Below are positions 14,543-26,645 of a DNA stretch of 64,000 nt, piece by piece (within the stretch, counting starts at the first letter, position 1; the number at the start of each line of letters is the position of its first letter). The notes beneath the pieces are model-generated. The model searched no databases. It was given only the letters and a program-made list of their open reading frames with translations, and was not told the origin of the DNA. The position numbers were made by a program, and so were the translations under genes. Origin of the DNA: Octopus vulgaris (taxonomy: Eukaryota); contig OX597814.1 of assembly GCA_951406725.2 (NCBI GenBank), positions 58,590,001 to 58,654,000 of the forward strand. The letters are read 5' to 3'.

Positions 14543-14568
14543 TAATAATGATAATGATAATAATAATG

Positions 14569-14644
<76 letters not shown>

Positions 14645-14819
14645 GAAGAAGAAGATGAAGAAGAAGAAGAAGGAGAGGAGGAGGAGGAAGAGGAAGAGGA
14701 AGGGGAAGAAGAAGAAGAAGAAGAAGAAGAAGAAGAAGAAGAGGAAGAGGAAGAGGAAGAAGAAGAAGAAGAAGAAGAAGAAGAAGAAGAGGAAAAAGAT
14801 GATGAAGAAGAAGAAGAAA
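14543..14819. repeat. Compound trinucleotide microsatellite (TAA)n then (GAA/GAG)n
   Basis: Read directly; lies at the 3' end of the Dong/R4 element. Confidence 0.97.
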
Positions 14820-16580
14820 TAGAGATGAAGTCGTCGGATGGTAAAAATAGATTTTGATCACAATATTAGAAAGATGGTAAAGGAAAAGATGTAAAGTGAA
14901 CCACTTGTATATTCTTGTAACAAAAATAGAAAGACTGAAATGACATTACGTAGTCACCGTTTCCATTACATTTATATTAAGCAGCATAAATATACACACT
15001 TATACCAACGTTGTAAAGATATGAACCACAAATAAAATACAGTCTAAACTCTAAAGTCGTCTGCAAGTTCCGCGAAATATACTTGATAATTCATCTCTTT
15101 AAGTTTTTTGTTTATATCTTATCTCATTTCTATAATATCTCATCTCTTGGACATCTAACCTCCTTAGAGCATAATCACCTACTACACTATTGCTGTTCCA
15201 AGAATTTCCCCTAGTCTTCCATCTTTTTTTTTATCTACTTATACCAAGTTGATTAGTAACGCTAATGTTTCGAAAGCAAGTTAGATAAAATCAACTCACT
15301 TCAAATTTCTTCTTCGAGTGTTACTTAAAGTCTATAAAGTTTGTTGTTATTCAGTTCGTTCGAAGTCAATCGTTTTTTTTTTCTTTATCTAGTTTTACAT
15401 TGTCCATAATAACTTTTAGTTACGTCTATATTGTGGATTGTGATTCGAGATAAACCTAGCTCTATTTATTACAGATTGAATAACTGCATAGTAACCTTGT
15501 GTATTAAAATGATAAATTATGACCACAACTAACGAAATACGTTTTGGCAAAATTATAGCATATGAAATAATCGATATTCTGCGCTATGGTAAGAGCTAAA
15601 TGATGTCCTCCACTTACCTTAGCCAAAACTTAAACTAATCTTGTCCAAATGTCTCATTTTTTTTAATGCAACTCAGATACAATTGTTTTTTAAATATATA
15701 ATTGGTAGTATTTGTTTTACAATTTTAACACTACGTTCTTCAGAGACATCTTTGAAATCTATGATTACAAAGAAAAGAATAATTAGAACCAGGTATTCAT
15801 TACTTTCATGTGCATATTAGATTCCAAATATCACTAATTGGCTACTAAATAACTAAAAGATATTTAGGTTTTCTGGCCATATTTTAGAAACTAGTAGATT
15901 TATAAATCTAAGCCAATTCACTGCAATCCATTATGCACTACGCTATTTTCAAATATCAGCTATAATTTCTATAATTCAAGGAGCAACAAGTGCAAGCTAA
16001 GTTGGTCTTGATGGGAGCTGACTTCCATTAAACCAATGAAACAAATTAGCTTTAAATATTAGTATCATACATCATATCTCTACTCTACCTCGAGATTTGA
16101 TTATACATTTCCTTCACAATAACTCGGTAACGTGTAATTGGATAATCAAACGATAAGATTATTTGTTTTAGTTGTCACAAAGCCAGTTTCACTAGTAGAG
16201 GAATTCAGTAGACTGGATGACAGAAACATCACTGTTAAGTGTATATTAACAAGGGACAGATAAGTAACATTAGTTACCAGGAATGATTTGAAATCTGACC
16301 AGTGAGCTACCGACCTAAATTCTGCATTATATGCACACCAGCCTTATACGCCGTCCAGTGTCTGACTTATCATATTTTCGTACCAATAGGTTTTCTACCA
16401 CCTGTTGTGATTTACAGTAACTTTCAGAAAAAAAATCATTAATAGAATCCATTGTATGTGTGCATATATGTGTGTGCGCGTGTGTGTGTGGGGGGGCGAA
16501 GGCGTGTGTTATATATTATATATACACTTATTTATATGCATTTATGAATATATATATGTATATGTGTGTGTAGGTATGAC

Positions 16581-16746
<166 letters not shown>

Positions 16747-17391
16747 CGTTTGTATGTATATATGCATATAACATCTCTCCAATACTGTCATCTACAATTG
16801 AAAATTAATTGAATAAAGCGTCTCGAAATTCACTAATGGGATTTATTAATTTGTTGAAATGGAACTTTTCTCCATAACAAGCTGTATACAGAGAAGACAG
16901 CTACTGATATTCTACAGACAAACTTGACTTAGCTGAATATTGATAAATTACGCTGTTGGAGTGAAGCATTTTTTTAATTCATATCTTCGACTCCCATGCG
17001 TGATTACCAGAAATGAAGTGTTCTTGACTCTACTTTTAGAAGATAGCAGTAGAGACGTCTGAACATATGAAATATGTACATAATTAATTTGTTGTAAATT
17101 TAATATACTGAATAAATTAGACAATGCGGGACATAAATGAGGAGAGCACATGACTAATGTACTTATTGTAGTATACAGTCATCCCTGTTCAAATTTCACC
17201 GATAGCAATTATACGATTTCTTGCATGTATCTTAAATATGCGAAATTGGCAAGTAATGATGGATAAAATAAATACTAGAAAAAACAATGTACTGAAATTT
17301 GAGTGATCGAATATATCCTTGATCGCAGTTTAATATGAAAGATGAAATAGGGACAAATACACAGCTCAAGAGGCTAATACACAAACATGAT

Positions 17392-17425
<34 letters not shown>

Positions 17426-17794
17426 TTATGTAGTATCAAGACAGTTTAAGCATATATTAACTAAATTTGACGGAAATTGATGGGTGAGCGTTTGGCCAAT
17501 CAGATTCCCAAGGAGCCATGAAAGCGTTGATTGGTGAGTTCGTTTCAACCTGAGGTTAGCTCATCATTTTTCTATCATTTGTTTATATTTAAAAGTTGTC
17601 GCTTTAAATCGGAGAATAAATATCATTATGATATATATTATATAGAGTTATTATACGATGAGCCTTCCGTAGTAGCTTTCTCTCTGTAACTCGCAAACGT
17701 TTTCGGGTTTGTTTATAAAAATATTATTTATATAGCATACCTCGCCTCACACACACACATACACACACGCACACACTCACACATACACACACAT

Positions 17795-18095
17795 CTGTTG
17801 CGTTACCAACCTTGTCTCCACTCTTTTGCCTTTAAAAACCCACTTTGCTCTTGTTATCGTAAACATCCGCCTTTCACCATGTGCTACTCCTAACACCAGT
17901 CGTTTTTTTCTCTATCTCCGTTGCCCGCTCCGGGATCTTTCTTTCCTCTCTCTTCCTTCTTTATGTTTCCGACGAAGAGCTCCGCTCGAAACGTCATACC
18001 TCCCTGCTTCCATTTCCTGAGCGCCTATTAATAATAATACTGTAATTGTTCCATTGTTGTTGTTTTTTTGTTTCCCGTTTGGATTAAAAATATAT
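17795..18095 (+). mobile_element. PLE-type terminal-repeat remnant with a degenerate minimal hammerhead (17961-17998)
   Basis: CCGACGA AGAGC-tcc-GCTC GAAAC GTC: the CUGANGA core carries one substitution; pyrimidine-rich upstream flank. Confidence 0.5.
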
Positions 18096-18150
18096 TTATA
18101 TATATATATAAACAGATCTCCCTCTCTCTCTCGCTCTCTCTCTCTCTCTA

Positions 18151-18195
<45 letters not shown>

Positions 18196-18268
18196 TAAGG
18201 GTAGAAAATGATATTAAAACCAATGGCTTAGAATATTTAAAATCCGAAGATTAAAAATTGTGTTACAT

Positions 18269-18361
18269 ACAAAATTAAGAGTAATGACCACCAAAGTGGA
18301 CACCTAATATGCTAAACATAGCATATTTGGTGTCCACGTTAGTGGTCATTCCTCTTAATTT

Positions 18362-18364
<3 letters not shown>
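18269..18364. repeat. Hairpin with about 46-bp arms and a 4-nt loop
   Basis: ACAAAATTAAGAGTAATGACCACCAAAGTGGACACCTAATATGCTA-aaca-TAGCATATTTGGTGTCCACGTTAGTGGTCATTCCTCTTAATTTTGT. Confidence 0.9.
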
Positions 18365-18401
<37 letters not shown>

Positions 18402-18941
18402 CAAAATAAGGGTGAAAAATTGGATATTAATTTAATAACACCAATTTTAACACCAGTGGTCTAGCATATAAAAAACTGAGGTAATACTATATATATATAT
18501 ATACATACATACATATATATGTATGTGTGTGAGTGTGTGTGTGTGTGTGTGTGTGTCAGTGTCTCTGTATAAATTTTCAGGATTCACAATAACCAGGTAT
18601 TTAAATACTAAAAGCACCAAGGTAGAGTCGGGGATTGTGTACACGTGTACCGACAATGTATGTTGATATATACGTTGTAGCTAAAGTCAATACGGATTCG
18701 CCCTTCTAGTTATGCAAACATTCACAAAAACAAACAGAATACACAACGTATCATCGAAGTTACACAGAGACAATTCCATCGTACGTCAAAAGTTTTCCGA
18801 ATTTTCGCGAAAATTCTTTAGGTTGGCTGCGCTGCCTCCAGTCCTCGCGTGCTCCAAGGTAATACACATATGGTTATTTAATCGAGGTTTGATCTTGATG
18901 CTCCAGTTTTGTTTCTTGTGTTACAGAGTAACAGAGTAAAC

Positions 18942-19630
18942 ATGGCCGTGTTGCTGGCAGTGTGTACCGAAAGAACCACAGAGATCAGTGATTCCGGTTT
19001 CACTGGTCTGAATGTGGGTCAGCGGCTGACATTCATCCCAGGCTTTTAGCGATCTACCGTCTACAAGTGTGTATGAGTAGTTTGAGGAATAAAAAAAAAT
19101 GGCTGGACAAGTATGAAGCACGAAAATAGAGCGGGACATCGATCAAACTCCGCCACTGACATGAGGATTTAGCAGTCTCAGGAGTTAGTGCTGGCAAACC
19201 GATGAGTGACAATCGATGATGTGGCACTTTCTCTGCAAAGTTGTCATGTTTCGGCATTCGAAATCATCCAAGTCAAATTTCTGTAAAGTCTGTGCAAGAT
19301 GGGTGCCAAAAGAGCTTACGGATGCGCTTAACCGTAAACGGGTGGGAATCTGCCAATGTTAGACTCGACCGCTACGACGATTAAGACGAAGCTATTTTGG
19401 AGAGAGTAATTCATCACTTTGAGCCAGAATCCAACAGGCAGAGTGTGAAGTGCAAAATACTCGGAATCACTTGCGAAAATGAAATTCAAGGCTCAACCTT
19501 CCACAGAAAAAGTGATTCTAACAATGTATGTTTTGTGGGTGGGAGTGGAGCACAGAAAAGGCTCCATACTGGAACATTAGAAGCAAAAGGAGTATACTAT
19601 CAATGAAGCAGTGAAATACTGTCCAACAAA
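18942..19630 (+). pseudogene. Mariner transposase remnant (N-terminal HTH to the early DDD domain)
   Basis: QRSVI.F..SE..ADIH; KVCARWVPKELTD (mariner WVP(R/K)EL motif); IHHFEPESNRQS; frameshifted and truncated at a microsatellite. Confidence 0.8.
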
Positions 19631-19657
19631 CAGAAATCAGCAGTTCGCATGAAACAA

Positions 19658-19734
<77 letters not shown>

Positions 19735-19882
19735 CATACACATATATATACATATGTATGTATATGTATAAGTACTCATGCATATATACATCTCTCTCTC
19801 TCTCTCTCTGTGGTGTTCCACCATAACCGCATCCGCATGGCTCAAAGGAGTAAAAGAGAAAAAAAATTAGTATATACATACA

Positions 19883-19936
<54 letters not shown>

Positions 19937-20034
19937 CCTGAGTAAACACATAAATGTGAAACAAGGTGGAAAAAAAGAGTACTCAAATACCAGTGGTAGA
20001 GTAATATGCTTTATTTTAAGCAGCAGAAAATTCA

Positions 20035-20086
20035 ACAAAATCTGTTACTCTGAGTTTCTCGTTGCCGTTCATCAGACAGTTTTTGC
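20035..20086 (-). ncRNA. Minimal type I hammerhead ribozyme (sense with the GIY-YIG ORF)
   Basis: Minus strand: GCAAAAACTGT CTGATGA ACG-gcaa-CGA GAAAC-tcaga-GTA ACAGATTTTGT. Confidence 0.75.
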
Positions 20087-21086
20087 TAGAATGGAACTTA
20101 TATATTAATTCAATCTATACTCTTACAAACGCTACACCTTTAAAAAGAAATGGACTTGTTTGATTGGCCCTTTAGAAAAAACGGTCAATCTTCGAGCGAT
20201 AAACAAAAGGTCAAAAATATATGTATATATATATAAAAAAACTTATAAAAATTATAAAATCCGAGGAAAAAACCGAGGAAAAAACCTATTGCCGTTAATG
20301 AAGACAGTACAAATTAATGCATAGAAATTAAACCTGTTATAAATACTGCAATACATATTTATATTAAAATCTACATATATATATCAACATACACAAAAGG
20401 ATGCGCGTAAACGCCATACATACATATACAGACGTATGAATATGAATCTAAATATACACATAAAAACATGTGTACATATATTCACGCAAACCGTCTCGCA
20501 CGCAAGCTAAAATTCATCTATGTAGCAATTCTCATATACTGAGCAAGGAGGGGGAACGAAAGAAAGGGAAAGAGAGAAAAAGGAACGAAGGAGGGGTGGG
20601 GAAAAAACTTGTAACGATGATATTGGCATCTATAGAGGCCAGTATACATACACAAGTTTGAATTGATACATATACATACCGTCGTGTATATGTGTGCTTA
20701 AGCACAAGCATACTTTCACTTACACATATACAGATACGCATGCTTACAAATACATATGCCTTGCTATACACATACTTATATAAACATTCTAATTTTGACA
20801 ACATTGCTTTTTTTTAAAAAAACATTGCTTTTAAAAAATGGGTGCATTAATAAAAATATATACGAAAGACATATAAAATAAAATATAACATCCTATTTTG
20901 GGTCATTTATAAATAATCAAGGTAATATAAATAATCAAGGTAATCCTATGCAATACAATAACATGAAAACAAAGTTTGTAGGTTTTTCCTAATATATATG
21001 TAGAAACATAAGACTTTGCTATAAATCCGTCGCAGCGCTCAAGAGTCAAAATCAAAATCAAAAATCAAAAATACAAAATATATACT

Positions 21087-21590
21087 CTATCCATATGGTA
21101 TATTTATATTCGACATTTTAAATTTAGCCGCGTGCCTACATAAGTTCATTAACTCACTTCTTTGATTCAAAGAATTATTGTCTTTGAATAAGATGTGCAT
21201 TTTTTCTAATAGGCAAAGTTCGCACTTGAAATTATATTTGTAAGCTCCATGCCTGTATGGTGCCGCCCTGTCCAGAATGCTCCATGTCACGTTGAAAGGT
21301 GGGGCTTCCTTTTCTTTTAGTTCCCAGACATATTTTGCTAGGCTGGTTTTCTTCCTATTCTCTGGGTATTTAAAAGAATTCTTATGAGAATAAAATCTTG
21401 TTTTAAATGAATTTTCTGAAGCCCCTGTGTATGTCTTGTATTCCGATGAGCCTTCCACTTGCACCTTGGCTCTATAAACTACTCCTTTCACTAGACATTT
21501 CCCTTCTAACGGACAGGAGCTTTCGTTTTTGAAATTACATTTCTTAATGGGCTCGGCACCATGTCTAATCTCAATTAGCTTCCTATTATG
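21087..21590 (-). CDS. GIY-YIG endonuclease C-terminal part of a Penelope-like ORF (Naiad-like); open frame but 5'-truncated
   Basis: HNRKLI..KKCN(F)KNESSCPLEGKCLVKGVVYRAKV..YTGAS..FKTRFYSHKNSF..TSLAKYVWELK..CELCLLEK..LNQRSELMNLCRH; the frame stays open upstream of the track ORF start at 21491. Confidence 0.85.
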   Translation of the reverse strand, partial: HNRKLIEIRHGAEPIKKCNFKNESSCPLEGKCLVKGVVYRAKVQVEGSSEYKTYTGASENSFKTRFYSHKNSFKYPENRKKTSLAKYVWELKEKEAPPFNVTWSILDRAAPYRHGAYKYNFKCELCLLEKMHILFKDNNSLNQRSELMNLCRHAAKFKMSNINIPYG

Positions 21591-21878
21591 TAGATTTTAA
21601 TATAAATATGTATTGCAGTATTTATAACAGGTTTAATTTCTATGCATTAATTTGTACTGTCTTCATTAACGGCAATAGGTTTTTTCCTCGGTTTTTTCCT
21701 CGGATTTTATAATTTTTATAAGTTTTTTTATATATATATACATATATTTTTGACCTTTTGTTTATCGCTCGAAGATTGACCGTTTTTTCTAAAGGGCCAA
21801 TCAAACAAGTCCATTTTTTTTTTAAAGGTGTAGCGTTTGTAAGAGTATAGATTGAATTAATATATAAGTTCCATTCTA

Positions 21879-21930
21879 GCAAAAACTGTCTGATGAACGG
21901 CAACGAGAAACTCAGAGTAACAGATTTTGT
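21879..21930 (+). ncRNA. Minimal type I hammerhead ribozyme (inverted copy)
   Basis: Identical to the 20035-20086 motif; stem I CTGT/ACAG extends to AAAA/TTTT. Confidence 0.75.
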
Positions 21931-21999
21931 TGAATTTTCTGCTGCTTAAAATAAAGTATATATATATATATATATATATAAATGAAAAGGCAAACGGTT

Positions 22000-22780
22000 T
22001 GTGAGACTTGACAAAAACATTTCATTAAGCTATATGATAAAAAAAACTTTACATATCTCTAACAACTGTTTCTAGAATATCCCAGCTATTGGAATATCGT
22101 GTCGAGTGAGGATTCCATAAGTCGAGTATGCCACCATCGGAGAGAGATTGGTTAAACATATGTAACAGTTGAAGAATATTCGTCATCAATGGTATTATTG
22201 TAGTTCATTTTGTCTAGAAGGGTAGGAGAAATCTAATATATCTAATACAAAACATCTATCTCCCGATCTTCCTCCCACTATAGTATACGATATTTATTCT
22301 TCCATTCTCTCTGTTATGATTCTACTAATAGACATTACCAATTTTCTTCATTTGTTCATGGATATTCCTAACGAATACCTATTTTAATTGAATTTTAAAT
22401 TTTACATTAAACTGAAGGCTTACTCAATACTTTTTTTCAGAGTACATATTTATTATACTTTTATATCCGACAAAATAGCAATTGGTGAAGTTGTGCAAGG
22501 TATTTCACATCACAATGCTTCACCTCACTTAGTTGAATATGGAATATTAGCGTCAACTGTGTCTAGGTTTAACTTGCAAGTACTGATATCTCGTTCAGAG
22601 AGTATTGTATTCGCAATATAGCGACAGTAACTAGGATAAGTTCCAATTCAAGGTTCTTGTAGATTACTTGAGACTTTAAATTTGGTGGAAGATATCCGAC
22701 ATTCGAGAATGTTTTAGGATGTTACTAACTGGACATTCCACAGTCATATGTACCTTTTTGGCACAAACAGTATGACACCA
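22000..22780 (-). mobile_element. Highly decayed second PLE 3' end (GIY-YIG trace plus degenerate hammerhead at about 22055-22150)
   Basis: Minus strand TCTCT-CCGATGG...GAAAC-agtt-GTT-AGAGA; upstream trace TYPSYCRYIANT resembles TCP.C...YIG.T. Confidence 0.35.
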
Positions 22781-23746
22781 TAGTGATTATATTTTAATTA
22801 CAGGTAAAAACCATTCGATGGACTTCTTTAAAGTTTCCAGTTGCCCACTTTTACTCAGCTGATAGTTTATTCGAGCCGTGAGACTTGGCTCATAATCAAC
22901 ATCAGGTAGGCCGCACGACTATGTCAAATTTCCTGGAATTTTTCATTAGCCTTTCCAGTTAAAAAATTCTTTGTGTTGCAGCTTGTACATGATTGCTATA
23001 GAAAGTTATTTCAATGTTATATTTAACTATCAATGACGGTTCTTTGTTACTTCTTTACAAATCTCTATAATAGTTTAGGTTTGTTGTATTCTACAAATAG
23101 AGCCCACATTATAAATCATCTAGTCTCTTCTAGAAGTCAATGTATGAAACTTATGATACCAATTATGTTTCATGAAATCTGTTATGTATTGCTTCTTTTA
23201 ATGCACGCGTGTGTGTATTCATGCACCTGTGCATGTGTACGTGAGTGTTTGTGTATGTGTCTTTGTGCGTTTGCGTTCTGTTTTGTAAGTACTTACACTT
23301 TTGTCGTGCGTAAGCAGCAAGTGTTAAGAAACGTGTGATTCCAGAACATATCAATACTATATGTAACCGTAACGTCATGACACGCTAAACAACACCAGAA
23401 CAGACTGATGAAAATACAAAGACACTTACAAAAGCATTTCTTTTTCAAATTCAAGAATCGAAACATGACACAATGGCTCTTTTGTTTTACAACTTTATTA
23501 GATATATACATAGGAATAGCAGCTGTTCATATAGCTCGTCCCTTTAAAACAAACATACAAACAAATTGTTGCATATGTTCATGAATAATGTGTGCCAGAT
23601 AGATAGGAAATTTCAGTGTCAATCTCAGTATTTATTTGATGTCTCATAAGATCCTTTCGATTCTCACCTACAAAATACTCTCATAGAGTATAGAAGAAAA
23701 AATGAAATTAGTTAAATAAAGACTTCTCAATATTATATGCTTCGAA

Positions 23747-24388
23747 GGCGGCAAGCTGGCGGACACGTTAGCACGCCAGGCGAAGTGCGTCGCGATATTT
23801 TGTCTGTCGCTAGGTTCTGATTTCAAATTCTGCCGTGGTTGATTTTGCCCTTCATCCTTTCGGGATCGATAAATTAATTACCAGTTACGTACTGGTGTCG
23901 ATCTAATTGACTGGCACCTTCCCCCAAAATTTCGGGCTCTGTGCGTAGAGTAGAAAAGAATATTATTTTCTTGTGTTTAGCACACCGGGCAAAATGCTTA
24001 GTGGCATTTCGTCCCATTTTAGTTCAAATTCAGTTCAAATTCCGCTGCCGTCGACTTTGCCTTTAATCCTTTCGGGTCGATAAAATAAGTACAAGTTGAG
24101 CGCTGGTGTTGATGCAATCGATTCACTTTTTAACCGATCTTACTGGCCTTGTGATCAAATTTAAAATCGATATTATAAGGCGGTGAGCTGGCAGAATAGT
24201 TAGGGCGCCGAGCAAAATGCTCAGCAGCATTTCGTCCGACATGACATTCAGAGTTCAAATTCCGCCAAGGTCGACTTTGCCTTTCATCTTTTTGGTGTCG
24301 ATAAAATAATTACTAGATGAACACTGGCTGCGATGTAATCGACTTATCCCTCACTAAAACACATTGCCAAAATTTGAAACCGGTATTA
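23747..24388 (+). mobile_element. Three tandem head-to-tail SINE family A copies (about 23747-23965, 23976-24175, 24179-24388)
   Basis: Each has GTTCAAATTC.GCC..GTCGACTTTGCCTTT.ATCCTTTCGGG.TCGATAAA; copies 1 and 3 begin GGCGG..AGCTGGC. Confidence 0.85.
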
Positions 24389-26149
24389 TATACTTAGGAA
24401 AGTTAGTAGATACTATCTTGAACATACAAAAATAAATTCATATAACATGTGCAATACCTATCTAGAACGGTATTTCCGACGTACCTTAGGATTGTCGATA
24501 CTTAACCAATGGTGGAAAATAAAATCCGCCCGGCCTTCTGAAAGATTTCCGGTTGTTTAACGGGTAAAAACTGGATATCCTGAATACACCAGTGTGAATA
24601 AAAATATTTGTGAAATCATAGCTTTTTTTTTAGTATTTGCAAAAGGCTAGAAAAGTTTCTCTCTTTTCTTCACATTCTCAATGATTTAGCGGACACGACT
24701 TCTACGGTACAAGTGCATCTCTTCTTGTTCTATACTTCTCATCCCCACCAACTACCTGTACTAACATCAGGCAATATTACGACGCTTCCTCCACAAAATA
24801 ATTGGGAAGTGGAAAATAAAATTATAAATAAAGACTAAGAGTTGGAGAAAAATATCAGTTCCAAAATCAATATTGATCTTTCCTAATCTATATAGTAGTC
24901 AATTATTTTGAAAGATGCTAACACTTCAGTTCAATAGTAAAAAGAAACATCTGGCTTATTGCGATGGCATTCCCCATGCAACTTGAGTGTAAAATTTGTG
25001 TAAACAAAAGATTAGCTGAGAAGCAGCAATTAAACCTAACGACCTGTTTATATCCTAAATCACTATTTGCCTTTTTATTTAGTGCATCAATATATATATA
25101 TATATGCAAGGTAAAAAATATAAAGTATAAAGCCATACTTCCTAATCTACATGATGACCACTTGCTTTGCAAGAACCTGACACTTCAGTGGAATAGAATA
25201 CAAAAACATTATTGTTGTTACAGAGCCGAAAATAAGATGTAATTAACGGAGAAGGGGAAAATCGATGCTTGTCTCTTAATATAACAATACACCTCTTTCG
25301 CCAGTGGTTGTAGAGTTCGAGACGCTTAAGTTAACTAATTTCTGTCTATCGTCTTTTCATTATCAGTTTTATCCTTTATTACACAAATATATTCAACCTC
25401 TCTATATTTAGATTGAATACTTGCGTATTTTGATTGATAATCCGAAAGGGCTTAAGTTTTTCTTCACTTTCATTTTGCCCTCATTTAAATATGTAACTCT
25501 TTCTATATGAAAATCTTGTATATACAGTGAATTTTTTCTAAGTAATTCTATTTTACTTTTCGCCACAAACAATTTCAGAAGTCATTTTCCCGTGTATTCT
25601 TTGAGGAGCAGATATTCGTTTCAGGTTATTATTTTAGTAATATTCCATCGTTTGTGTAGTAGAATAGGCAAAACACTTACGCTTTGAGCATTTTCAACGT
25701 TTTAAAATGAATTTTCGCGAATTAAAATAATACAAACTGAAAACAAAAGTTATGATTTAAGTATCCTTAATAAATAAAAGTATCAAACTTGAGCAAGTTT
25801 CAGTATTTTCAACCTAACCAGCTTTAAATATCATCATGATGACAAAAATGTCTTTCATACAATTGGATATTAAGAAACAACATATTTTTGTGGTCCCTCG
25901 CACCACACGTCTCATATTTGCGGAATTTATCTGCAGATATGCCCACATTTTGCTTAATTTAGTGTGACTATCATTCCAAACTAGACGAGGCATGTTTTGT
26001 TGAACTTTTAACTGTCTCTTATGAAACTTGGTATTCTGAATGTGCCCTAAATGTTTTGATTGCGAGGTCACACGGGTCAAGGTCATTTTTCGTTAAGCAT
26101 GGTCAAATACCTGTAAAAAGAACTTCATGGTATTCTTTTCTTTTTTTTT

Positions 26150-26347
26150 CTTTTTATTCGTTTCAGTCATTTGACTGCGGCCATGCTGGAGCACCGCCTT
26201 TAGTCGAGCAAATCGACCCCGGGACTTATTCTTTGTAAGCCCAGTACTTATTCTATCGGTCTCTTTTGCCGAACCGCTAAGTGACGGGGACGTAAACACA
26301 CCAGCATCGGTTGTCAAGCAATGCTAGGAGGACAAACACACACACAT

Positions 26348-26386
<39 letters not shown>

Positions 26387-26550
26387 CATATATACGACAG
26401 GCTTCTTTCAGTTTCCGTTTACCAAATCCACTCACAAGGCATTGGTCGGCCCGGGGCTATAGCAGAAGACACTTGGCCAAGATGCCACGCAGTGGGACTG
26501 AACCCGGACCCATGTGGTTGGTTAGTAAGTTACTTACCTCCTGCGCCTAT
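26150..26550 (-). mobile_element. SINE family B copy
   Basis: Reverse complement of 7431-7820, with an internal (CA)n(TA)n at the same position. Confidence 0.85.
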
Positions 26551-26645
26551 GTATGCTCTTTATGGAACTTTGCCATTACAAATCTGCATTTGCTTACTTT
26601 ATAACTTTGATAATTCTGAAAATTTGTTTTTTTAATTTCAGAAAT

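Larger units (their letters stand above)
19936..21957 (-). mobile_element. 5'-truncated Penelope-like element with an inverted pseudo-LTR at its 5' end
   Basis: About 20009-20376 is a near-perfect inverted copy of 21588-21956; the pair encloses a GIY-YIG ORF and about 700 bp of 3' UTR; each repeat holds a hammerhead followed by AATAAA. Confidence 0.85.

Noticed and set aside
14523-14861. Poly-Asn/poly-Lys protamine-like ORF
   Set aside because: It is the (TAA)n(GAA)n array; there is no unique coding sequence.
17485-17530. Two CCAAT boxes in opposite orientation (GGCCAATCAG, TGATTGGTG)
   Set aside because: No gene or transcript start is recognisable nearby, and short motifs occur by chance or within repeats.
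21640-21903. 87-aa ORF upstream of the GIY-YIG frame
   Set aside because: It is the antisense reading of the inverted pseudo-LTR and has no protein motif.
23747-23830. tRNA-like A and B boxes at SINE heads (also 7431, 24179, 43776)
   Set aside because: No complete cloverleaf; they continue into SINE bodies, so they are not tRNA genes.
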